Source of the DNA: Candidatus Thalassarchaeaceae archaeon
GTDB taxonomy: Archaea; Thermoplasmatota; Poseidoniia; Poseidoniales; Thalassarchaeaceae
Assembly: GCA_030747675.1 (NCBI GenBank)
Contig: JASLKH010000044.1
Coordinates: 1-33,695 of the forward strand
Reading direction: 5' to 3'
Length of the DNA: 33,695 nucleotides
Under the pieces are notes generated by a model, which did not search any database, was not told the origin of the DNA, and was given only the letters and a program-made list of their open reading frames with translations. The position numbers were made by a program, and so were the translations under genes. Position 1 is the first letter of the stretch. Each line of letters opens with the position of its first letter. Of the stretch, positions 9,091 to 17,489 are shown in pieces.

Positions 9091-10067
9091 ATAAGATGCC
9101 ATATCACAAGCACGCGACTCCAAATTTCAGAAACCTAATTGTCCGCCCCTTGTGGATGACTTTGAAAACAGCCCTTCGAACAATCCCATACATTGGCCGA
9201 TTAAAATTCCTTCAGGCGCACAATGGTGGCGATCCATACCATGGCCAAGAAACAAACATGCTCTCTGATGAAGAACGTGCAATGTACACACAGCAAGCAC
9301 ACCCGTGTGTAGACCAAACATACTCAGCAGATCGTGAAACTAGTGATTTGTTCCCATATTTCGAACGACCTGTAACGATCATGTATCCATATGAACGATT
9401 AGAGGAGATGGAACCTTGGTTATTTGTCCCAGGGAATTACAATGGAAGAATAGGTGTCATATGGGAAACTTGTACTGCGTGCAAAGCATGCGTGCGTATT
9501 TGTCCTAATGACTGCCTTCATATGGAAACAGAGACAAGAGTGAACGTCCTTGATCTAGCAGAAGATGGTGATGAAAATCATGGGCATGGAATTGATTTGG
9601 AAGTAGGAGGTTTGGCAGCACGCCGAATTGAAGGTAGTGCCGAAGCTGCAGCAGAATTTAATTTATCAACAGCTCACGAATCTGCACCACAAGAGTTTGA
9701 ATTTGGTGAAATCATTGATCTTTCTGGAGAAATTGTGAGTGTCAAGTGGAATTCATCGGGTTCAACAGAAGAACTTGCTACGAGTGAGGTGCTTGGTGCC
9801 GAGGTCGACATTGTATCAGGTCGCATTGACATGGGCCGCTGTATGTTTTGTGGCCTTTGCATGGAATCTTGCCCATTTAATTCGTTCTTTATGACAAATG
9901 AATATGATGGTATGTCCGGTCTAACACGTTCTGATCTTTGGTACGAAGCAGAACGGACACGAGTTTTACCAATCCAACATGCAGAAGCAGTAGATATTGA
10001 ACTTGCGAAGCGTGCAGAACAAGCAAGGAAGAAAGCGGAACGGGCCGCGGCTAAATCGGAGGCATAA
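9087..10067 (+). CDS. nuoI: Complex I-like subunit I (2x[4Fe-4S]) with two large insertions
   Basis: VTIMYP, CTACKACVRICP and CMFCGLCMESCP motifs. GTG start overlaps the nuoH stop. Confidence 0.93.
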   Translation: MNKMPYHKHATPNFRNLIVRPLWMTLKTALRTIPYIGRLKFLQAHNGGDPYHGQETNMLSDEERAMYTQQAHPCVDQTYSADRETSDLFPYFERPVTIMYPYERLEEMEPWLFVPGNYNGRIGVIWETCTACKACVRICPNDCLHMETETRVNVLDLAEDGDENHGHGIDLEVGGLAARRIEGSAEAAAEFNLSTAHESAPQEFEFGEIIDLSGEIVSVKWNSSGSTEELATSEVLGAEVDIVSGRIDMGRCMFCGLCMESCPFNSFFMTNEYDGMSGLTRSDLWYEAERTRVLPIQHAEAVDIELAKRAEQARKKAERAAAKSEA

Positions 10068-10069
10068 TC

Positions 10070-10378
10070 ATGGAATTACCTGCGATAATCATGGACCCAA
10101 TTGGTGATATTTTTTCATCCGTTGAAGGAATCTCATTTGGGATACTTGCAATATTTGCAATAGCGGGTGCTTTGGGCACTGTGTATTCCAAACGTGTTGC
10201 ACATTCCATGCTCTCTTTGATTATGTGTTTCTTTGCAGTGGCTGGTGTCTTTTTACTAGCACAAGCAGAAATGCTAGCAGCCATCCAAATATTGGTTTAT
10301 CTTGGTAGTGTTATGCTAGTGTTCGCATTCGGCGTGATGTTGTCACGTCGACAAATCATGGAGGAGGACTTTGAATGA
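10070..10378 (+). CDS. nuoJ: Complex I-like subunit J, N-terminal half
   Basis: HSMLSLIMCFFAVAGVFLLAQAEMLAAIQILVYLGSVMLV matches NuoJ TM2-3; GGAGG RBS. Confidence 0.9.
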   Translation: MELPAIIMDPIGDIFSSVEGISFGILAIFAIAGALGTVYSKRVAHSMLSLIMCFFAVAGVFLLAQAEMLAAIQILVYLGSVMLVFAFGVMLSRRQIMEEDFE

Positions 10379-10647
10379 GATTAATCGGGACCTTCGCACG
10401 TATTGGTATGATTATCTTGCTAGGAACATTGCTTGCAGTAGTCATGGACACTTCAAATTGGGGTAGTGGTAATGATACTGTTTTGACAACAGCAGATTTC
10501 GCTGTCTCAATGTTGGTAGACTGGGCCTTTGCTCTGGTTGCATTAGGTGCATTGTTGGCAATGGCAATGGCAGGTGCAGCCTATCTAGTCCGTGACGAGC
10601 GTGAAGTCAACCTCATGTGGGAACTCACAGGAGGTGAAGAGGAATGA
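10375..10647 (+). CDS. nuoJ: Complex I-like subunit J, C-terminal half (split nuoJ)
   Basis: Two hydrophobic segments; DWAFALVALGALLAMAMAGAAYL resembles NuoJ TM5. ATGA overlap with the preceding gene and position between J1 and K. Confidence 0.8.
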   Translation: MRLIGTFARIGMIILLGTLLAVVMDTSNWGSGNDTVLTTADFAVSMLVDWAFALVALGALLAMAMAGAAYLVRDEREVNLMWELTGGEEE

Positions 10648-10946
10648 TTGATCCAACTTGGATTGCAGGATTAGGCGCATTCTTATTTTGTATAGGACTT
10701 GCAGGTACATTCACTCGTAAGAATGCAATTATTGTTCTCATGTGTGTTGAGATTATGCTCAATGCAGCCAATTTGAATTTCGTTGCCGCCGCAAGCCATC
10801 ATGGAGACATGAATGGTTGGATTTACACAGCAATTGCAATTGCAATTGCTGCTGCTGAAGTTGCAGTTGGTTTAGCTATATTCTTGGCATTGTATAGTCA
10901 ACGTGAAACAATATCGTTGGATGAGGTAACTTTACTCAAGAATTGA
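10644..10946 (+). CDS. nuoK: Complex I-like subunit K
   Basis: RKNAIIVLMCVEIMLNAANLN and IAIAAAEVAVGLAI with both conserved Glu residues. Confidence 0.96.
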   Translation: MIDPTWIAGLGAFLFCIGLAGTFTRKNAIIVLMCVEIMLNAANLNFVAAASHHGDMNGWIYTAIAIAIAAAEVAVGLAIFLALYSQRETISLDEVTLLKN

Positions 10947-10958
10947 GGAGGTGAGATT

Positions 10959-13238
10959 ATGGGACAACATGCTAAATCAGAATGGAACCTACTACTCCCC
11001 GTCCTTGCGATGGTAACTTTCCCTTTTATCCGATATGGAATCGGCTATGATGCAACCGAGAGTGCATTTCTAATCGCGGCAGTCCCGCTCATTGTATTCC
11101 CTGCAATTTTGATATTAGGTCAAATTTACAAGGGCACCGACATGTGGAAAAACCAACTCAAAGAAGGCGGAATTATTGCTCTTGCCACACTCGCAATTAC
11201 ACTTTCATTGACCATTTGGCTACTAATTGAATTCCTTTACAATCATGCCGACTTTGGCGCACAAGGGACAGTTTTCGATTGGATTAGCTTTGACATCTTA
11301 AGTCATGAAAATAGCATTGAAGGAAATGGTTTTACTATTGGATTTGGAATTTACATTGACGCAGTATCCCTTACAGTGTTATTTGTTGCAGCATTCTTGT
11401 GCTTCCTTATATGTTGGTTCGCAATTGGTTATATGACAACTGATCCAATCAACGAAGATAGAAACCATCGCTTCTTTGCAGAGTTCATTCTGTTCTCATG
11501 TGGTATGTTTGGAATGTTATTAGCAGATAATTTCCTCTGGCTTTTCATATTCTGGGAAATCATGGGCCTTTGTTCATACCTATTGATTGGATTTTATTGG
11601 GAAAAACCTAGTGCAGCAGCAGCTGCCAAGAAGGCTTTCCTAACCACACGAGTAGGTGATGTATTCCTTATGGTTGGATTATTCATGATGTATGATTTGT
11701 ATCATAGCCTTGAATTTTCAGTTATTTTTGGTGATCCTACCCTTGGAGGAACAATTACTGGTGATCAATTGCAATGGCCTTTGTTCCTGATGTTCATTGG
11801 ATGTGTAGGTAAATCAGCACAATTCCCTCTGCATGTGTGGCTTCCTGATGCTATGGAAGGACCCACTCCTGTATCAGCCCTTATTCATGCGGCTACAATG
11901 GTAAATGCAGGCCTCTATCTAGTTGCTCGAATGTTCCCTATATTCTCCGAGGCATCATTCCAAGGGGATCTTTCAGATCTTGCAATGTTGATAGCGTGGA
12001 TTGGAGGAATTACTGCTTGCATGGCAGCATTCATCGCATTTGTTGCAAATGATATCAAACGTGTTCTTGCATATTCTACCATGAGTCAACTTGCATACAT
12101 TTTCACAGGCCTTGGCTCAGCATTGTGGTTTGCAAATGAAGGGCATAGTGAATTAGCAGCAGTTGCTTTCGGAGCGGCATTATTCCATCTTTTCAATCAT
12201 GCCATGGCCAAAGGAATGTTATTCATGGCATCAGGTTCGGTAATTCATGAAATGCACCATGCTCATGATCATGTACATGTGTACGATGATGATGAACATG
12301 ACCATGATTTCGATCCACAAGACATGCGTAATATGGGTGGACTTGCTAGCAAATTACCAGTTACAAGTACGGCGATGATGCTTGGTTCGATGTCGATTAT
12401 AGGGATTCCACTCATTGGTGGTTTTTGGTCAAAGGAAGGTATTGTGGGCCAGGCATGGAATGTTTACCTCAATGGGGGAACACTGATTTTATTCCCCGCA
12501 CTTCTTGTTTTAGCAACTGCAGGTATGACAGGATTCTACATGTCAAGAATGTGGTTCATGACATTTGCAGGGAAACCCAAATCTGAGGCTGCAGAACATG
12601 TTCATGAACACACTCCATGGATTAAGACCCCATTGGTTACTTTATCTATCGTAACTGCATTCAGCGGCTTCTTGTTAGCATTATTTAGCTTCCAACATTT
12701 CCTTGGGGAATCTGATGGCCATCTTGGATTACATGGTGATCTTTTACATGGCATCACGTATACTCTAGAGCACGCATTCCTGCCCAAAGAGGATACGTTG
12801 CGTATTGTTGGTTGGACTGCGATTGTAATTTCAAGCCTATTGGGTCCATTCATCGCGGCGCGTTTGCACGGCGGTATCCTTGCGGAAGGAGAGGAAGCAA
12901 TACCGATTGTGTCCTGGTTAGTAAAAATCTCAGGAAAAGCAGGGCATACCGATGTATCTGCACTAGCTGACGGTGGTTTTGCTAAGGCATTGCACAACCG
13001 CCTGTATATTGATGACGCATATGAATGGTTGATCGCTAAAACCATTTTACCCCTATCAGCAATTTCTGCATGGTTTGATCGCCGTGGAGTTGATGGAGTC
13101 ATTAAGGGAATTGAATCAGGCAGTCAAGCCGCAAGTACCTGGATTCGTCAATTAACCACAGGTCGCGCTAGTGATTACATTCTCATGACTGCATTAGGGA
13201 TGCTTGCGTTAGTTGGAATACTTTGGGGGGTTGCTTGA
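10959..13238 (+). CDS. nuoL: Complex I-like antiporter subunit L
   Basis: WEIMGLCSYLLIGF, GKSAQFPLHVWLPDAMEGPTPVSALIHAATMV and DIKRVLAYSTMSQL; full C-terminal amphipathic helix and last TM; GGAGGTGA RBS. Confidence 0.97.
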   Translation: MGQHAKSEWNLLLPVLAMVTFPFIRYGIGYDATESAFLIAAVPLIVFPAILILGQIYKGTDMWKNQLKEGGIIALATLAITLSLTIWLLIEFLYNHADFGAQGTVFDWISFDILSHENSIEGNGFTIGFGIYIDAVSLTVLFVAAFLCFLICWFAIGYMTTDPINEDRNHRFFAEFILFSCGMFGMLLADNFLWLFIFWEIMGLCSYLLIGFYWEKPSAAAAAKKAFLTTRVGDVFLMVGLFMMYDLYHSLEFSVIFGDPTLGGTITGDQLQWPLFLMFIGCVGKSAQFPLHVWLPDAMEGPTPVSALIHAATMVNAGLYLVARMFPIFSEASFQGDLSDLAMLIAWIGGITACMAAFIAFVANDIKRVLAYSTMSQLAYIFTGLGSALWFANEGHSELAAVAFGAALFHLFNHAMAKGMLFMASGSVIHEMHHAHDHVHVYDDDEHDHDFDPQDMRNMGGLASKLPVTSTAMMLGSMSIIGIPLIGGFWSKEGIVGQAWNVYLNGGTLILFPALLVLATAGMTGFYMSRMWFMTFAGKPKSEAAEHVHEHTPWIKTPLVTLSIVTAFSGFLLALFSFQHFLGESDGHLGLHGDLLHGITYTLEHAFLPKEDTLRIVGWTAIVISSLLGPFIAARLHGGILAEGEEAIPIVSWLVKISGKAGHTDVSALADGGFAKALHNRLYIDDAYEWLIAKTILPLSAISAWFDRRGVDGVIKGIESGSQAASTWIRQLTTGRASDYILMTALGMLALVGILWGVA

Positions 13239-14851
13239 TGGATGCGATAACTTTGCTTGGAAATCCGCTCACAGTTCTAACACTACTTCCAATTTTAACC
13301 GCGTTAGTATTAATGCTATTACATTGGGTTTCTGATACTGCTCGCCAAGAAAAATTAGCCGCTCCAATTCGATATGTGAATATGGGCATGGCTCTACTGA
13401 TGTTTGTTCTAGCGAGTTTAATAGCGCTAGAATGGGCCGATATGGGGTGGGGTGAATATCTCTATCAAAATTGTGAAACTGGTGAATTAAGAGACGGCTC
13501 TTGCTCATTAGTAGGCAGTATCGGGGTGTCTTGGCATGTTGGTATTGATGCACTTTCTTTCCCAATGGTGTGGCTTACAACATTGCTTATACCAATTACA
13601 ATGCTAGTTGAGTGGAATGCCAAAGAAGGTGCATATTTCCACAGTTTAATTCTGATGATGGAAGGAGCCCTGATTGGTGTTTTCGTTAGTTTAGATTTAT
13701 TTGTATTCTACGCATTTTGGGAATTAACTTTGATACCGATGTTCTTCTTAATCCTGATTTGGGGTGGTACAGATCGTCGATATGCTGCTCAGAAGTTCTT
13801 CATCTATACATTCACAGCCAGTGTATTCATGCTTGCTGGAATTTTGATTATGTACTACAATAACGATGCTAGTTGGGCTGGGAATCTTACGGGGAAGTCG
13901 TTTGATTTCGTTTTAATGCAAAGTCAAACTGAATTTATTTCAAGTAGTGGATTACGAAGTGTAGTATTTCTCTTACTATTGATTGGATTTGCAACTAAAC
14001 TGCCAAGCGTCCCAGTTCATACTTGGCTCCCTGATGCTCACGTACAAGCACCAACAGCAGGATCAATGTTGTTAGCTGGTGTGATGTTGAAGATGGGTGC
14101 GTATGGCTTCCTTCGACTAGGTGTTTCTTTGTTCCCTGATCAACTGATTGAATTCCAAACCTTGCTGATTGTTTTGGGAATGGTGAGTCTAGTCTATGGA
14201 GCAGTTGTATGTTTAGGACAAACTAATTTGAAACGCATGGTAGCATATTCATCAGTAAGCCATATGGGATTAATTTTCCTTGGTATTGCAACTATGCAAC
14301 CATTGGGTATTGCAGGAGCAATTTTCATGATGTTTGCCCATGGAATAATCAGTCCACTTTTGTTTGCTGTTTGTGGTGCTTTCAAACATCATTACCACAC
14401 GCTTGAGATTGGCTCAATGCGTGGTTTAGCACACCATAGTCCTTGGATGAGTGCACATATGATGGTCGGATGGATGGGTAGTTTAGGATTACCATTGATG
14501 GCTGGATTCGTTGCTGAAGTTGCCGTATTAATTGCTTTCTACATGGCCTTCGGTTGGTTGGTATTACTCCCAGCAATCACGTTAATAATCACCGCAACTT
14601 ACTATTTGTGGAGTATGCAGCGCACCATTTTCGAAGGTAGTGGTGAAGCAATTCTACCAGACACTATGCATGGAGATGAACCAAGTGATATCACTTGGCA
14701 TGAGAATGCAGGTATGCTAATTCTAGGTGTTCTTACTGTGATATTTGGAATCCTACCATTCTTCTTCTTTGATATGATGTCAGACTGGTCGACTCTTTTA
14801 GTCGAAAACGAATTGATATCTGCATTGAATGATGCGGGGGTGAAGCCTTGA
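13238..14851 (+). CDS. nuoM: Complex I-like antiporter subunit M
   Basis: FWELTLIPMF, KLPSVPVHTWLPDAHVQAPTAGS, LKMGAYG and KRMVAYSSVSHMG. ATG 13238 overlaps the nuoL TGA. Confidence 0.97.
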   Translation: MDAITLLGNPLTVLTLLPILTALVLMLLHWVSDTARQEKLAAPIRYVNMGMALLMFVLASLIALEWADMGWGEYLYQNCETGELRDGSCSLVGSIGVSWHVGIDALSFPMVWLTTLLIPITMLVEWNAKEGAYFHSLILMMEGALIGVFVSLDLFVFYAFWELTLIPMFFLILIWGGTDRRYAAQKFFIYTFTASVFMLAGILIMYYNNDASWAGNLTGKSFDFVLMQSQTEFISSSGLRSVVFLLLLIGFATKLPSVPVHTWLPDAHVQAPTAGSMLLAGVMLKMGAYGFLRLGVSLFPDQLIEFQTLLIVLGMVSLVYGAVVCLGQTNLKRMVAYSSVSHMGLIFLGIATMQPLGIAGAIFMMFAHGIISPLLFAVCGAFKHHYHTLEIGSMRGLAHHSPWMSAHMMVGWMGSLGLPLMAGFVAEVAVLIAFYMAFGWLVLLPAITLIITATYYLWSMQRTIFEGSGEAILPDTMHGDEPSDITWHENAGMLILGVLTVIFGILPFFFFDMMSDWSTLLVENELISALNDAGVKP

Positions 14852-16611
14852 ATCTAGGAACTTTGTTCAGCGGTTCAGATATGGCAAGTGCTTTGATGCC
14901 TGAATGGATATTAATACTTGGAATAGTTGCAATGATTCTTATTCCAAATTTAGGTAATGGTACCTTCCGATTACCGATTCCGGGGACAAGTATTCGGGTC
15001 CCCTATTTCCTTGGCGGAAAGCGTTACGCCTTCACCAACGATCCTCGATTGCCTGCAGGTATTGCAGGTTTCACTCTTATTGCTGCCTTTGTAACAGCAT
15101 TCATGAGTCAAATGATTGATTCTGATGTGGGAATGGGCTATGCTTGTTTGGCGGCAAACGGTGTTGTGGATTCAACCTCAAGTTGTGCAGATGCAGAACA
15201 CCTTTTACGAATTGATGCATTTAGTCGCACATTCGAGATGATATTCTATGGTGCATTAATCATTGCACTTTTCGCGAATTGGGATCGATTGCAAGCAACT
15301 GCACCGAATCGAATCGCATTAAAGAAACAAGAAGATGATGCTGTAGAAAGTCTTAGACTTACCCGTTTGCTAAATAATAGGAGGCAAGTTGACTTTTATC
15401 TCCTTGTGCTCATGGTCGCATTTGGAATGTCGGTTGTTGCATTATCTGCGAACTTATTCGTTCTATTTATCGGATTAGAAATAGCTAGCCTTGGTTCATA
15501 TGTTCTTATCTCTTTCCTAAAGGAAACAAAAACAGGACCCGAGGCTGGGTTGAAATATTTCATTGTAGGGAGCGTGTCAAGTGCAATAGGATTGTACGGA
15601 ATGTCTTTACTATACATTTGGAATGGTAACCTTTCAATGACAGGTACAACCGGGTTAGCAGCAGGTTGGCTTTCAGACGGTTCAAACGGTCTTGCAGTTT
15701 TGGGACTAACATTCATGTTGGTTGCTTTTGGCTTCAAGGTGAGTGCTGTACCATTCCATTTTGCCACACCAGATGCCTATGAGGGCTCAAGTGCACCAAT
15801 TGCAGGTGTATTGTCTACTGCTAGTAAGGCAATGGGTTTTGCTGCATTGATGCGTGTACTAATTGGCATAACACTTGGAGATGGTGAGAGTGATTGGTAT
15901 GTCTTGATTGGCCTCATTGCAGCAATCACCATGACTTGGGGCAACATTGCGGCTCTTGGAAGTCGTAGTCCAAAGCGAATGTTGGCTTATTCAAGTGTAG
16001 CCCATGCTGGATACATATTAGCAGGTATTGCAGCTATAGGTGCTATTGGTCCGGGTTCTGCTAGTGAATTAATTGCTACAGCAATTATATTCCATCTTGC
16101 AGTTCTAGTCACTTTCAAGTTAGGGGCATTTTTAGTAATTGGTTTACTTGAATGTGAAGGTCGTGGAAATAATCTTGAAGATTTCTATGGCTTAGCAAAG
16201 CGTGATCCACTGATTGCAGTATCAATGTTCATCTTCATGCTAGCACTCGCTGGAGTGCCACCATTAGCAGGATTCCTCTCAAAATTGATGATGGTAAATG
16301 GAATTATTTCTAGTACAATTGGTGATGTTGGTGGTTCTGGATTGTTTGATACTCTTGGAAACCTTTCATGGGTTTTCTGGCTTGCTATACTGATTTTCAT
16401 GAATAGTGCGATGTCTGTGTTTTACTATCTACGAATTGTCGTCGTCATGTTCTTCGAAGAAACGGACCGCCCAGTCAGGTTATCTCGTGCACCAATGCTT
16501 CGAATTGCAATTATGCTGTGCACAATGGGCACAGTTGTCTTTGGTTTTGGTATACTCGCAGATGCGCTTGCTGAAGCAGCAGCTGAAGCCGCCTCTACAT
16601 TATTCCCTTAG
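14848..16611 (+). CDS. nuoN: Complex I-like antiporter subunit N
   Basis: GLEIASL, EAGLKYF, FKVSAVPFHFATPDAYEG, KRMLAYSSVAHAGY and SAMSVFYYLR. TTG start overlaps the nuoM stop. Confidence 0.95.
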   Translation: MNLGTLFSGSDMASALMPEWILILGIVAMILIPNLGNGTFRLPIPGTSIRVPYFLGGKRYAFTNDPRLPAGIAGFTLIAAFVTAFMSQMIDSDVGMGYACLAANGVVDSTSSCADAEHLLRIDAFSRTFEMIFYGALIIALFANWDRLQATAPNRIALKKQEDDAVESLRLTRLLNNRRQVDFYLLVLMVAFGMSVVALSANLFVLFIGLEIASLGSYVLISFLKETKTGPEAGLKYFIVGSVSSAIGLYGMSLLYIWNGNLSMTGTTGLAAGWLSDGSNGLAVLGLTFMLVAFGFKVSAVPFHFATPDAYEGSSAPIAGVLSTASKAMGFAALMRVLIGITLGDGESDWYVLIGLIAAITMTWGNIAALGSRSPKRMLAYSSVAHAGYILAGIAAIGAIGPGSASELIATAIIFHLAVLVTFKLGAFLVIGLLECEGRGNNLEDFYGLAKRDPLIAVSMFIFMLALAGVPPLAGFLSKLMMVNGIISSTIGDVGGSGLFDTLGNLSWVFWLAILIFMNSAMSVFYYLRIVVVMFFEETDRPVRLSRAPMLRIAIMLCTMGTVVFGFGILADALAEAAAEAASTLFP

Positions 16612-16676
16612 TGTTGGACTAGTGTTTAGTTTCCTCCCTGTTTATGTAGGGCTGGTGAGTCGGCGGTCTGAACACC

Positions 16677-17285
16677 ATGGGTCGAAGACGCGAAGAATTA
16701 GTGGATGAAGAATTGCTAGCGCAACTTGAAGGCGGTGCTGGTGATAAGATTCGAGTCCCTCTTCCCAATGAAAGAATCAATGAAATGTTTGCCATTGCAG
16801 ATACAATTCTTGGCGGTAGAAGAGTCCGAGTAGTCTGTGCAGATGGAGAAACACGCCTTGCTCGTATTCCAGGAAAAATGCGCAGAAGGCAATGGGTTCG
16901 TGAAGGGGATTTGATAGTCGTCCAACCATGGGATTTCCAAGATTCAAAAGCGGATGTGAAAAAGCGATATTCAAAAACTCAATCACTATATCTTTCACGC
17001 AAAGGAGTACTACCTGAAATCGTAGATGTCTTTGGCACAGGAAATGAATCTTGGGATGATATTGACGATGCAGGAATTTTCGGTAGAAATGATGATGATT
17101 ATTCCGATGAAACTGTTGAGGATACGGTGGAAGAAGAGCAAGTCGACCAAGAAGAAATTGTTGATGATATAGAATCCGAAGTTGAAGAAATCGTTGAATC
17201 TGAGGGCGAGTCTCTTCCAGAACCTGTTTCTTCAGATGATGATGTGACCGATGAGGACATAGACAGTTTGTTCGGTCCAGCCTGA
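16677..17285 (+). CDS. eif1a: Translation initiation factor aIF1A (eIF-1A) with a long acidic C-terminal tail
   Basis: LGGRRVRVVCADGETRLARIPGKMRRRQWVREGDLIVVQPWDFQ..KAD OB-fold signature; residues 113-202 are D/E-rich. Confidence 0.95.
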   Translation: MGRRREELVDEELLAQLEGGAGDKIRVPLPNERINEMFAIADTILGGRRVRVVCADGETRLARIPGKMRRRQWVREGDLIVVQPWDFQDSKADVKKRYSKTQSLYLSRKGVLPEIVDVFGTGNESWDDIDDAGIFGRNDDDYSDETVEDTVEEEQVDQEEIVDDIESEVEEIVESEGESLPEPVSSDDDVTDEDIDSLFGPA

Positions 17286-17489
17286 GGAGGGATTTGTATC
17301 GGTCGGCGGCGTAAGGCTCGCCGCGAAAGCGAATCACGCGACTGGTCAGATATTTCCGATGAGCAAACTGAAATTGCTAATCTAGATTCAGATCCTACTG
17401 CAGAGGAATTAGTTAGGGAAGCAGAGATACTAGCTCTTGCTGAAGAAAAGTGGAATGAAAAGGAAGAGCATGAAAATCTCCATGCTGAT

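Noticed and set aside
10070-10647. Split nuoJ as a frameshift pseudogene
   Set aside because: Both halves have an RBS and coupled start/stop codons; split nuoJ is common in archaea.
17283-17285. TGA as selenocysteine in an aIF1A-RIO1 fusion
   Set aside because: The position is in a disordered linker, I saw no SECIS-like element, Sec machinery is not known from this lineage, and an RBS follows the stop directly.
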